Positions 31,811-40,549 of a DNA stretch of 64,000 nt are shown piece by piece. Position numbers and translations under genes: made by a program. The stretch comes from an uncultured Chloroflexia bacterium (GTDB lineage: Bacteria > Chloroflexota > Limnocylindria > Limnocylindrales > CSP1-4), in NCBI GenBank assembly GCA_963713975.1, contig OY970218.1:2112001-2176000 (forward strand). Direction: 5' to 3'. Under the pieces are notes generated by a model. It ran no database searches. It worked only from the letters and a program-made list of their open reading frames with translations, and had not been told where the DNA came from. How positions within the stretch are numbered: position 1 is the stretch's first letter; every line of letters starts with the position of its first letter.

Positions 31811-33100
31811 CGAGCCCAGCTCCCAGGTGGAGCCCGCGGCGCCGTCACGAACCTCGATGCCGGCCCCGGTGAGCCGGTCCCGGACGAGGTCGGCGGTCGC
31901 CCAGTCGCGGGTCTCGCGGGCGCGGGACCGGATCTCGAGGAGGGCGTCGACGTAAGGCTCAACCACTTCCCGCCGGTCCGGACCACCGGTGCCCACGGCC
32001 TCGCCGAGCCGGACGATCAGCGCCCGGAACGTTGATTCCGCGTTGTCGAGCTCGGGGCTGTCCTCGCCGCCGCGGATCCTGCCCTCGATCGCCGTGTCGA
32101 GATCCAGCAGGGCCGCCACAGCCCCCCGGCCGTCGCCACCATGGAGCGCTGCGAAGAACGCGCCCTCGAGGTCCGCTACCTCGTGGCCGATGGGCTCCGT
32201 GGAGCGGGCCGGCCGACCGGTCGCGCGACCGGGGCCCGTGGCGGGTTCTGTGCCCGACTCCACGTCCGGTAGACCCCCTGCGGCCAGGGTCCGTGCCGCC
32301 TCGCCCAGCGCCTTGATCGACACCTCGCTGCCGCCCGGGATCACGACGGACCGGCCGTCCACGCGGACGGTGACCCCGCCCAGGCCCGAGACCGTCGCGG
32401 TCCCGCACTCGAGGTCCAGCACAAGCGCCGTGTGGCTGTCGACGCCCAGCACGAACGTGTCCGCCGGTAGCTGGCGCTCGAGGATCCGCAACCGCCGCTC
32501 GCCCATGTAGCAGAAGCGGGTGTCGTGGTTGCCGCCCTCGGCGTTGTCGTAGTGGGGGACCACGGCGGCCCGCAGGCCGGTGGCCGCGCCGAGGAGATCC
32601 AGCCCCGGGAGCCATCGCGGCTCCTCGCCGACCTTGTAGATCTCGTAGACGGGGATCGTGACCGTCCCCAGCGTCAGTGCGGCGGCGCTGGCCATGACCA
32701 GGACGCCACCATCGCGCAGCAGGTCCGCGAGGGCCGGCGGGATGGGGCCATCGGTCCACTGGCGGAGGGCGTAGCTTGGGCTGCCGGGCCCGGCCATGAC
32801 GTAGCGTGCCGGGCGGAGCCGCGCGACGGCCGTGGCCGCCGTGACCGCGTCCACGTCCCGGGACCGGTAGGAGGCGACGTCGACCTCGCGGCCCACGCTC
32901 TCCGCGAAGAACTTCGTCGTGCGGGCGCTGAGCTCGTCGGCGTTCTCCTGGAACCCGTACGGGGTGTCGAGGATGACCGCGGGGAAGGGCGCCGGGCCCA
33001 GGCGCTCGAACAGCGCGCGATGGACCTTGGCCATCGTCGGCGCGGTCTCACCCGAGCCCATGATCGCGAGGATCCGCGGGCTGCTCATACCGGGGACCAT
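31796..33100 (-). CDS. Peptidase E/cyanophycinase-like (class I GATase fold) domain fused to CysRS anticodon-binding domain
   Basis: MGSGET, GPGSP, MASAAA nucleophile elbow, VPHYD; C-terminus R..AR..RDWATAD.VRD.L...GI.VRD...GSTW. Confidence 0.78.
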   Translation of the reverse strand: MVPGMSSPRILAIMGSGETAPTMAKVHRALFERLGPAPFPAVILDTPYGFQENADELSARTTKFFAESVGREVDVASYRSRDVDAVTAATAVARLRPARYVMAGPGSPSYALRQWTDGPIPPALADLLRDGGVLVMASAAALTLGTVTIPVYEIYKVGEEPRWLPGLDLLGAATGLRAAVVPHYDNAEGGNHDTRFCYMGERRLRILERQLPADTFVLGVDSHTALVLDLECGTATVSGLGGVTVRVDGRSVVIPGGSEVSIKALGEAARTLAAGGLPDVESGTEPATGPGRATGRPARSTEPIGHEVADLEGAFFAALHGGDGRGAVAALLDLDTAIEGRIRGGEDSPELDNAESTFRALIVRLGEAVGTGGPDRREVVEPYVDALLEIRSRARETRDWATADLVRDRLTGAGIEVRDGAAGSTWELGSSGDS

Positions 33101-33104
33101 CCGC

Positions 33105-34361
33105 TCATCCGAAGAACCCGTCGACGTCGAGGTGGTGCATCACACCTGCGAGTTCGGCCGGATGCTGGGCATGGATGTCGTGATCGCCCAAGAACCAGCG
33201 GGTCTCCACGGTCGGGATGATCGACGCGGCCGTCTCCACGTCCCGGCGCTTGCGCTCCATGCGGTCGCTCCCGCCGCCATCGGCCGGCGTCAGCAGGACC
33301 GGGACCGTCAGGCCCGCGTACAGCTCGGACGGGTGGTGCTCCCACAGCCCGCGCAGGACCTTGATATGGCGGTCGAACGTGAGCCACGGGGCCACCGTGC
33401 CGTCCGGGCGGATCTCGAAGTTGGCCAGCACGCCACGGATGCTCGCCTCCGGCCAGTCAGGGTGGGCGGTGCGGATGTAGCCCTCGATCTCCACCACGCG
33501 GCGACCGGCGAGGCGCGGCGGGGCGAGGGCCTCCCGGCAGTCGGCCCAGTCGGGGAAGTCGCGAGCCAGCTCCAGCCAGCCGCCGTCCACGCATGCGATG
33601 CCCCGAACGAGCTCCGGACGCCGGGCCGCGAGCTCGACGACCACGTTGCCGCCCCAGGACTGCCCGGCCACCACGGGACGCTCGATACCCAGCTGTTCGA
33701 CCAGCGATGCCAAGTCGGCGGCCACCGTGGCCACGTCGTAGGGACGATCCGGCTTCGAGGACCGGCCGTGGCCCCGCTGGTCAATCGTGACCACCGCGTG
33801 ACCGGCGGCGAAGAGCGCGGCCGCCACGCCGTCCCAGGTGCGCGCGTTGGACGCCAGGCCGTGGACCAGCACGAACGGCGAGCCGCGGACCTCCTCCGGC
33901 CGCCACTCGTCCATGGCGAGGGCGATCCCGGGTGCCACGACGATCTCGCGGGTCGCGCCCGGCCCGGCATCCGACGGGCTCGGCCAGCCGGCCACGACGC
34001 GCCCGCTGCGCACAAGGGCGAGCGTCCGGACGGGTGGCAATCCCGCGGTGGCGTCGCTCCCGAGCCGGGGATCTCGGTCGACGACGGCGAGATCGGCCGG
34101 ACCGCCCAGCTCCAGCACGGCGTCGGTCGGCCAGGCGGCGTCGGCCTCCGGTGAGGCGGCGCCGGCTCCCGGCGCCAGCGGCACGACGAACGCGCCCTGG
34201 AGGTCGATGAATCGTGAGTCGCCGCGCGAGATCGAGCGCACCTCGGCGTCGGAGCCCAGGGCGAGGATCGTGTCCTCCGCCCAGGCGATGGCCGTGGCGT
34301 CCGGTCCAGGACCGCCGGTGATGACGACCCCGCCGACCAGGAGCGTGTACTCGTGGGTCAC
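33105..34361 (-). CDS. Alpha/beta hydrolase with an N-terminal amidohydrolase beta-sandwich 'shell' domain
   Basis: VHGL, DQRGHG, GQSWG nucleophile, C-terminal DH; N-terminus ATAIA...ILALGSD...IDLQG..VVP and L..G.PADLAVVDRDP...GRVV. Confidence 0.78.
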   Translation of the reverse strand: MTHEYTLLVGGVVITGGPGPDATAIAWAEDTILALGSDAEVRSISRGDSRFIDLQGAFVVPLAPGAGAASPEADAAWPTDAVLELGGPADLAVVDRDPRLGSDATAGLPPVRTLALVRSGRVVAGWPSPSDAGPGATREIVVAPGIALAMDEWRPEEVRGSPFVLVHGLASNARTWDGVAAALFAAGHAVVTIDQRGHGRSSKPDRPYDVATVAADLASLVEQLGIERPVVAGQSWGGNVVVELAARRPELVRGIACVDGGWLELARDFPDWADCREALAPPRLAGRRVVEIEGYIRTAHPDWPEASIRGVLANFEIRPDGTVAPWLTFDRHIKVLRGLWEHHPSELYAGLTVPVLLTPADGGGSDRMERKRRDVETAASIIPTVETRWFLGDHDIHAQHPAELAGVMHHLDVDGFFG

Positions 34362-34454
34362 CCCGGGAGGCTACCGCACCACGTCGCCCACCGCCCGCTT
34401 TGCGACAGCCGGCGCCACCCGCAGCTGGCGTCGCCATCGCCCTATGCTTGGCCG

Positions 34455-35627
34455 ATGAACCCATCCGTGCTCGTCCTCGGCGCCGGCTTCGGTGGCCTCG
34501 AGATCGCATCCCGCCTGTCGGAGCAGCTTGACGGCACCGCCGACGTGACCCTGATCGACCGTGCGGACGCCTTCGTCTTTGGCTTCTCCAAGCTGGACAT
34601 GATGTTCGGGAAGCGCACGCCCGACGCGATCCGGCTGCCCTACGGCGATTACGCCACGCGAGGTGTCCGATTCCGGTGCGAGACGATCACCTCGATCGAT
34701 CCCGTCGCCCGGAGTGTCGTCACCGACGCCGGCACCTACGAGGCCGACATCCTGGTCGTGGCGCTTGGCGCGGACTTCGATCTCGCAGCCACGCCCGGCC
34801 TGGCCGACGCCGGCAACGAGTTCTACACCGTACCCGGTGCGGCGGTCGTCCGCGACCTGCTGCCGTCCTTCCTGTCCGGTCGGGCCGTCATCGGCGTCTG
34901 CGGCACCCCGTTCAAGTGCCCTCCGGCGCCCAGCGAGACGGCGCTCCTCCTCGACGACTACCTGCGCGCCCGTGGCCTCCGCGATGCCGTCGACATCAAG
35001 GTCGTGATCCCGTTCGGTCTGCCCGTGCCACCGTCGCCCGCCATGTCGGAGGCGATCCTGGCCCGTTTCGCGGAGCGCGCGATCGAGTTCGTCAAGAGTC
35101 GCAAGGTGGACGCCCTCGATGCCGCGACCGGCGAGGTCGTGCTGAGCGATGGCACGCGTCTTCCCTACGACCTCTTCCTCGGCATCCCGGTGCATCGCGC
35201 CCCCGCGGTGGTCGAGGCGTCCGGGCTGGCCGAGGGCGGCTGGATCCCCGTGGACAAGGGGAGCGGCGCGACGCGTTTTTCCGGGGTCTACGCGGTGGGC
35301 GACGTGACCAGTGTCGGCACGCCCAAGGCCGGCGTCTTCGCCGAGCGCGCCGCGCGCGTGGTCGCCGACCAGCTGGTGGCCAGGATCCGTGGCGAGCAGG
35401 AGCCGCCGGGCTACGACGGGACCGGTGCCTGCTGGATGGAGTTCGGAGGCGGTGAGGTGGCGCGCGTGGACGTCGACTTCTTCGCGGTCCCGGGGCACCC
35501 GCAGGGCACGTTCACCGAGCCATCGGCGCGCCTGGTGGAGGAGAAGGTGGAGTTCGGCAGCAGCAGGCGCGTGCGCTGGTTCGGCCTCTCGGACGCCTGG
35601 GCGGCCACTCACACCGCCGACCGTTAG
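34455..35627 (+). CDS. Sulfide:quinone oxidoreductase-like flavoprotein (SqrC/type III-like)
   Basis: GAGFGG, FKCPPAP.E, PKAG.FA, CWMEFG; TATGCT 6 nt upstream. Confidence 0.8.
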   Translation: MNPSVLVLGAGFGGLEIASRLSEQLDGTADVTLIDRADAFVFGFSKLDMMFGKRTPDAIRLPYGDYATRGVRFRCETITSIDPVARSVVTDAGTYEADILVVALGADFDLAATPGLADAGNEFYTVPGAAVVRDLLPSFLSGRAVIGVCGTPFKCPPAPSETALLLDDYLRARGLRDAVDIKVVIPFGLPVPPSPAMSEAILARFAERAIEFVKSRKVDALDAATGEVVLSDGTRLPYDLFLGIPVHRAPAVVEASGLAEGGWIPVDKGSGATRFSGVYAVGDVTSVGTPKAGVFAERAARVVADQLVARIRGEQEPPGYDGTGACWMEFGGGEVARVDVDFFAVPGHPQGTFTEPSARLVEEKVEFGSSRRVRWFGLSDAWAATHTADR

Positions 35628-35636
35628 CCCTGGGTG

Positions 35637-35759
35637 AACGCTTTGGGTCCCAGGCCCTCGGGCCGATGCCCCACGTGACGCATCGTTCACCCGCAGCGAA
35701 CACCGCGACGGATAGAGCTCCCCGGAGCCCGCCGCGGCCGCTGGAGTGGCCAAAGCGTT
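35637..35759. repeat. 123-bp element bounded by 10-bp inverted repeats (MITE/REP-like)
   Basis: AACGCTTTGG(35637-46) / CCAAAGCGTT(35750-59). Confidence 0.5.
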
Positions 35760-35765
35760 AGCGGA

Positions 35766-35841
35766 CAGCCAACGCGACGCGACGCAGCCAACGCGATGCC
35801 GACCGCCGCCGAGACGCAGCCAACGCGACGCTGACCGCCGC
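35766..35841 (+). repeat. Imperfect direct repeats
   Basis: CAGCCAACGCGA three times; 29-bp copies at 35781-35809 and 35813-35841. Confidence 0.8.
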
Positions 35842-35910
35842 GGGAGCCGCGGCGCCCGCCACCGGAGCCCCGAGCATCGGGCCCCCGGACCGCGCATCAT
35901 TGCGCCCGCC

Positions 35911-37677
35911 ATGCCCGCCGCCCAGCCAGCTCCCGCCATCGTGATCCCGCCCGGTCCGTATCCGTACGTGCCGCGACTTCCCGTGCCCGAATCGGACTCG
36001 CGCGCGGTCTGCGATGCCGCCGTCGCGGAGCTTCGGGCCCGCGCGGACGAGTGGGTCCGGACCAGCCCGGAGCGCAAGCGGGCGCTCTTGGACGAGGTGA
36101 TGCGGGCAACGCTGCCGCTGGTCGACCGCTGGACGAGGCTCGGCTCGCTGCACGAGGGCCTGGACCCGGACGGCCGGGACGCGGCCGAGGAGACCATCGT
36201 CGGACCGTATGTGTTCCTGCGCGGCGTCCGCCTCCATCGCGACGCACTCGACGGGATCATCCGCACGGGACTGCCCCGCATCCCCGGCGGCATCCGCACG
36301 CTCGAGGACGGCCGCGTCGTCGCGCGCGTCATGCCCGCGGACCTGCTGGACCGCCTCGCCTACCTGCGGATGACCGCGGACGTCTGGATGGACCGATCCG
36401 TCACGGCGCAGTCCCTGCCCGAAACGATGGCGAGCCCCTACCGCACGCCACCGCCCGGTCGCGTCTCCCTCGTGCTGGGGGCCGGCAACGCCTCGTCCAT
36501 CGGCCCCCTGGACGCCATCCACAAGCTGTTCGTGGAGCAGCAGGTGGTGATCCTCAAGCTCCACCCCGTGATGGCGCACCTGTTCGAGGTCCAGGCCGCT
36601 GCGCTGGCCCCGCTCGTCCGCGCGGGCGTGCTGCGGATCATCCATGGGGACCATGTCCAGGGGGCGCACCTCGCCGCGCACCGGGGCGTGGACTCGCTCC
36701 ACATCACGGGCTCGGACCGGACGTACGACACGATCGTGTTCGGGGTCGGGCCCGAGGGCATCGAGCGCCGCCACCGCGATGACCCGGTGCTGCACAAGCC
36801 GTTCACCGCAGAGCTTGGCAACCTCACGCCGATCATCGTGGTGCCGGGTCGCTGGTCGGGCGCGGAGCTGGACTACGACGCCGAGAACATCGCCACGATG
36901 CTCACCAACAACGCCGGCTTCAACTGCACGACGTCCCGGGTCATCGTGACCGCGGCGGGCTGGCCCCAGCGCGGCGCCCTGCTGGACCGGATCCGCCGCC
37001 GTCTGGGCGAGCTGCCGACGCGCCTCGCCTACTACCCGGGCGCCGCGGCCCGCTTCGGCGCGTTCGCCGAGGTCCATCCCGAGGCCGAGCTGTTCGGCGA
37101 CCCATCGGACGGCCACCTGCCGTGGATGCTCATCCCCGACGTGTCACCGGACGCTGCGGGCGACCCCTGCTACCGCGTGGAAGCGTTCTGCAGCGTGACC
37201 GCCGAGACACCCATCGACGCGACGGACGCGGCCGCGTTCCTGGATCGGGCAACGGCGTTTGCCAACGACCGGCTGTGGGGCACGCTCAACGCCACCGTGA
37301 TCGTCGACCCGCGGACCGCGAAGGACCCGGCGGTGAAGCCGGCCCTGGAGCGGGCGATTGCAGACCTTCGCTACGGCACCGTGTCGCTCAACCACTGGTC
37401 CGCGGCGGGCTACGGCATCGGGATCACGCCTTGGGGCGCCTACCCGGGCAACCCGCGAACGGCCATCGGATCGGGGGTCGGCTTCGTCCACAACCCGCTG
37501 ATGTTCGAGCGTGCCGAGAAGACGGTGATCCGCGGTCCGTTCCGGGCCTGGCCGAAACCGCCCTGGTTCACCAGCCACCGTGGTGCCCATCGGCTGATGC
37601 CGGAGCTCACCCGGTTCGAGGCCGACCATCACCCCGGCCGGCTCCTTCCGATCCTGTGGCACGCCCTCCGCGGCTGA
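35911..37677 (+). CDS. Aldehyde dehydrogenase superfamily protein
   Basis: LGAGN, HITGS, ELGN, NAGFNC catalytic Cys, EAF. Confidence 0.87.
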   Translation: MPAAQPAPAIVIPPGPYPYVPRLPVPESDSRAVCDAAVAELRARADEWVRTSPERKRALLDEVMRATLPLVDRWTRLGSLHEGLDPDGRDAAEETIVGPYVFLRGVRLHRDALDGIIRTGLPRIPGGIRTLEDGRVVARVMPADLLDRLAYLRMTADVWMDRSVTAQSLPETMASPYRTPPPGRVSLVLGAGNASSIGPLDAIHKLFVEQQVVILKLHPVMAHLFEVQAAALAPLVRAGVLRIIHGDHVQGAHLAAHRGVDSLHITGSDRTYDTIVFGVGPEGIERRHRDDPVLHKPFTAELGNLTPIIVVPGRWSGAELDYDAENIATMLTNNAGFNCTTSRVIVTAAGWPQRGALLDRIRRRLGELPTRLAYYPGAAARFGAFAEVHPEAELFGDPSDGHLPWMLIPDVSPDAAGDPCYRVEAFCSVTAETPIDATDAAAFLDRATAFANDRLWGTLNATVIVDPRTAKDPAVKPALERAIADLRYGTVSLNHWSAAGYGIGITPWGAYPGNPRTAIGSGVGFVHNPLMFERAEKTVIRGPFRAWPKPPWFTSHRGAHRLMPELTRFEADHHPGRLLPILWHALRG

Positions 37678-37767
37678 CGCTTGGGTCGCTAACACAGGTC
37701 AGCGCAAGATGTAGTGGTGCGCTCGCGAGGGCCGCGGTCGCTTCATGCGCTGGACTGGACCAAAGCG
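37678..37767. repeat. 90-bp element with related inverted ends
   Basis: CGCTTGGGTC(37678-87) / GACCAAAGCG(37758-67), one mismatch; ends resemble those at 35637-35759. Confidence 0.4.
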
Positions 37768-37841
37768 CCCTTGTCGCGACGATTGCTTGAGCCCAAACAT
37801 GCCGGTGGCCGGGTGCGGTCACGATCGGGGGATGAGGCAAC

Positions 37842-38780
37842 ATGCCTGACGAGCAGACGGACGACAGGATCGAGCGACGGTTCGACGGGCGCTCGGCGGC
37901 GGCCCACGTCGGCGCAGCGTTCGCGCTGATGTTCGCCGTCCTGCTGGCAAGCGACCTCGGACTCGTCGTCGGGTTCGCGGCGGCGATTGGAGCAGGTCTC
38001 GTGCTGGGCCGGAGGTTCCCGGGCAATGTCTTCGTCGTTGGCTGCGGCGTGGTTGGTGCAGTGCTTCTCTACGCCATGATTGGCGGACAAATCGCGGCGG
38101 GACCCGGCTACGAGTGGCAGTCCATCGACGAGATGTTCGATGCGATCGCCACGGTGGCGATCCTTGTTTCGGCGCTTGTCGCGTATCTTGTCGCCGCCCG
38201 CAGGCGGCCGGCCCGACTGGCAGCCGAGCACGACGATGTCATCTTCGCGACCTCCGGTGCCCTGGTGGGGGTCGGCGCCGGCATGACGTTGCTCATGCTC
38301 CTGCTGACGCCAGCCAGCCGATCCTACGAACTGCCGTCAGCCACGGGCTGGGCGGAGGCATCGGATGCCGCTCTGCCTGAGCAAGCACGCCTCTACTTCG
38401 CGGGTCGAACAGCGATCTACGTGCCCGACGACCCGAATGACCTTCGACCGGGGCCTGCCGCCATGATTGGCGTGCTCAATGCGATGGGAACGACATACGG
38501 CTGCCCGGCCGTATTCGATCCGTGGCCCGGCACGCCGCTGTTGCGTGGCGATGGAGGCGAACGCATCGACGTGACCCTTCCCGCCGGACCCGCCACCCGA
38601 ATCCACTTGACGCTCACGCCGACGGGCGAGGACGCCTATCTCTACTTCCTGCGACGATCTCGCCTGATTGGCCTCGCGCACGAGGATCTTTGCTACCTGT
38701 TGGCGGTTGTGGGCAAGCCGGAGGTTCCGCTCGATCCGATGACCCCCGACGGGCTGGCGGACGCGTTCCGCCTCCGGTGA
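37842..38780 (+). CDS. Hypothetical membrane protein
   Basis: 312-aa ORF with GAGG RBS, five N-terminal hydrophobic helices, soluble C-terminal domain; more A/T-ending codons than neighbours. Confidence 0.7.
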   Translation: MPDEQTDDRIERRFDGRSAAAHVGAAFALMFAVLLASDLGLVVGFAAAIGAGLVLGRRFPGNVFVVGCGVVGAVLLYAMIGGQIAAGPGYEWQSIDEMFDAIATVAILVSALVAYLVAARRRPARLAAEHDDVIFATSGALVGVGAGMTLLMLLLTPASRSYELPSATGWAEASDAALPEQARLYFAGRTAIYVPDDPNDLRPGPAAMIGVLNAMGTTYGCPAVFDPWPGTPLLRGDGGERIDVTLPAGPATRIHLTLTPTGEDAYLYFLRRSRLIGLAHEDLCYLLAVVGKPEVPLDPMTPDGLADAFRLR

Positions 38781-38880
38781 CGGTGACGGTGAGGGCGAGG
38801 GCGCTCTGCCGCGACGGTGATCACGTCACGTCACGTGATCGCCGACGCTCGGCGCTTCCATGTACGAGGGTGCGTATCGA

Positions 38881-39827
38881 TCAGGCTGACACCTGGTCAG
38901 CGTCCTTGATCTCGTCGCCCTCGTAGTAGTAGGACAAGTCCGCCGCGCGGATGATCGTGGCCCGCCGGACGGGCGGGTGCTGCGAGCCGAGACCAAGCAA
39001 CGACTGGAAGGCAGCCTCCGGGTTCTGACGACGGTTGAACCGGAACACGAACTCGTCGAGGTAGGCTTGGAGATGGGGCCGGCCGACGCCGTGATGCGTG
39101 CCGTTGATCCGCACCTTCATGTTCGAGATCACCCGGTGCGCGAGCGGGACAATTTGGTGGTCACGGGTCGCCTTGCCTTGGGTGCGCATCAGCGACTCGT
39201 AGCCGAGCTCGCGGCACGCCGCCCCATAGCCGCCGAGGGCATCCGAGCGGATCGTGGAGCCGGGGCGCACGTGCCGTTCTAGGAAGTCGGCGATCCACGT
39301 AGAGTTCTCGGCCTGCACCACCTCCATCCGGCAGCGGCCGGCGTAGTCGCGGGCGTGAATCACCCCGTCCTTGTCGGTCCAGGTCTTGGTCCGGACCTCG
39401 ATGGCGGCCAGCACCATCGCCGCCTGGCGACCCGTCCGCTGGCGGTTTCACATTCACGGCCGCCCGCCGCATCTTATGGAGCAGGAACCAGGCGGTCTTG
39501 TGGTTGCCGAGGTCGAGCTGCGAGTCGAGGTAGATCGCACTGATCCCGCGCTTGTCGATCGCCAGCACGAACGCCGCGTGGAACCTACGTCATGAGCGAG
39601 AGCCGGGTGTGGTCCATCACGGTCCCAGAGGTCGCGCTCGTCTGCTTCCGGCAGGCCGGGCATTGCCAGAGGCGCTTGATCGTCCGGGGTGTCCAGGGCT
39701 TGGCGTCGGCTGCGCACGACCGGATGCGCGCGTTGATCTCCCAGCCGCCCTCGTGCTGGCAGTGCGGGCACACGAACCCGTCAGGCCAGCGGCTCTTTAC
39801 CAGGTAGTCGTGGCACGCCCTCCGCGG
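38881..39827 (-). mobile_element. Decayed IS1595-family transposase (5' truncated, frameshifted, internally deleted)
   Basis: YL...RWPDGFVCPHC...WQCPACRKQTSATSGT zinc ribbon; 1-nt insertion near 39586; KRGISA...TAWFLLHKMRRA; TIRSD..GY, N.K..INGTHHGV...HLQAYLDEFVFRFNRR. Confidence 0.9.
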
Positions 39828-40235
39828 CTAGCCCAGCTCGGGGGAGAGCTCCTCGAACAGCGTCAGCTGCAGTCCCGCGGGCGCCTGGAGCCGCGAGTTG
39901 AGCGACTGCCACGGTGTCGCCACGGGCGCTGCGATCAGCGTGGCCCCGCCCTCCACCAGCCGGTCGGTGGCCGTGGCCGTGTCGGGAACCCGGAAGGCGA
40001 CCCGGATCTGCCCTGCCACGCGTCGGCCGACCTCGAGGCGGTCGATGTGCTCGGCGTGGGCGATGTCGGAGAGCTCCAGCGTGGCCCGCCCGGCATCGAG
40101 GATGGCGACGTGCCCACCGCCGTCGTCGAACGAGCCCAGCTCCCGCAATCCCAGCACGTCGCGGTAGAAGCGCAGGGCCTCGTCGTAGTCGGGGGCCGTC
40201 ACCACCAGCCGCATCTCGAGCACACCGTCGCTCAT
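39828..40235 (-). CDS. VOC/glyoxalase family protein
   Basis: DYDEALRFYRDVLGL, ATLEL, IRVAF.V, P.ATPW, AP.GLQLTLFE; AAGGAGG RBS. Confidence 0.9.
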   Translation of the reverse strand: MSDGVLEMRLVVTAPDYDEALRFYRDVLGLRELGSFDDGGGHVAILDAGRATLELSDIAHAEHIDRLEVGRRVAGQIRVAFRVPDTATATDRLVEGGATLIAAPVATPWQSLNSRLQAPAGLQLTLFEELSPELG

Positions 40236-40265
40236 CGCCGCCTCCTTGCGCCCATGCACCGCCGG

Positions 40266-40307
40266 AAAACAGGCGGACCCGGGCGCGGTTCCGTCGCTCC
40301 CGGGTCC
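40266..40307 (-). terminator. Intrinsic terminator-like hairpin upstream of the VOC gene
   Basis: GGACCCGGG / CCCGGGTCC stem followed on minus strand by GCCTGTTTT. Confidence 0.55.
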
Positions 40308-40549
40308 TCACCCGTCATTCGTGGCTACGAACGGCGGGCTGCCCCGAGGGTACCAGCCCCCTCCTGATCGTCCGCCCGACGCGACGCCCGATCCGCACGG
40401 CCCCACAGCGATGATGCAGGTGTGGATCAGATCAGGGGTCGACGAGCGTGGCGGCGCCCGCCGACCGTGACATCCGGCCTTCCGCCACGCTGCAATGGCC
40501 CGATTCCGATGCCCACGTGACTCGCGGGCGCGGGCGCGGGCAGGTCCCG

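Noticed and set aside
31796-33100. Annotation as cysteinyl-tRNA synthetase (cysS)
   Set aside because: Only the C-terminal anticodon domain matches; no HIGH/KMSKS catalytic core
37704-37717. NrdR-box-like GCAAGATGTAGTGG
   Set aside because: Single imperfect copy with no ribonucleotide reductase gene nearby
38775-38840. CGGTGA x3 and CACGT x3 micro-repeats beside the IS end; also 12-bp (17541-17565) and 18-bp (45208-45252) in-frame repeats
   Set aside because: Short low-complexity slippage repeats with no evidence of function
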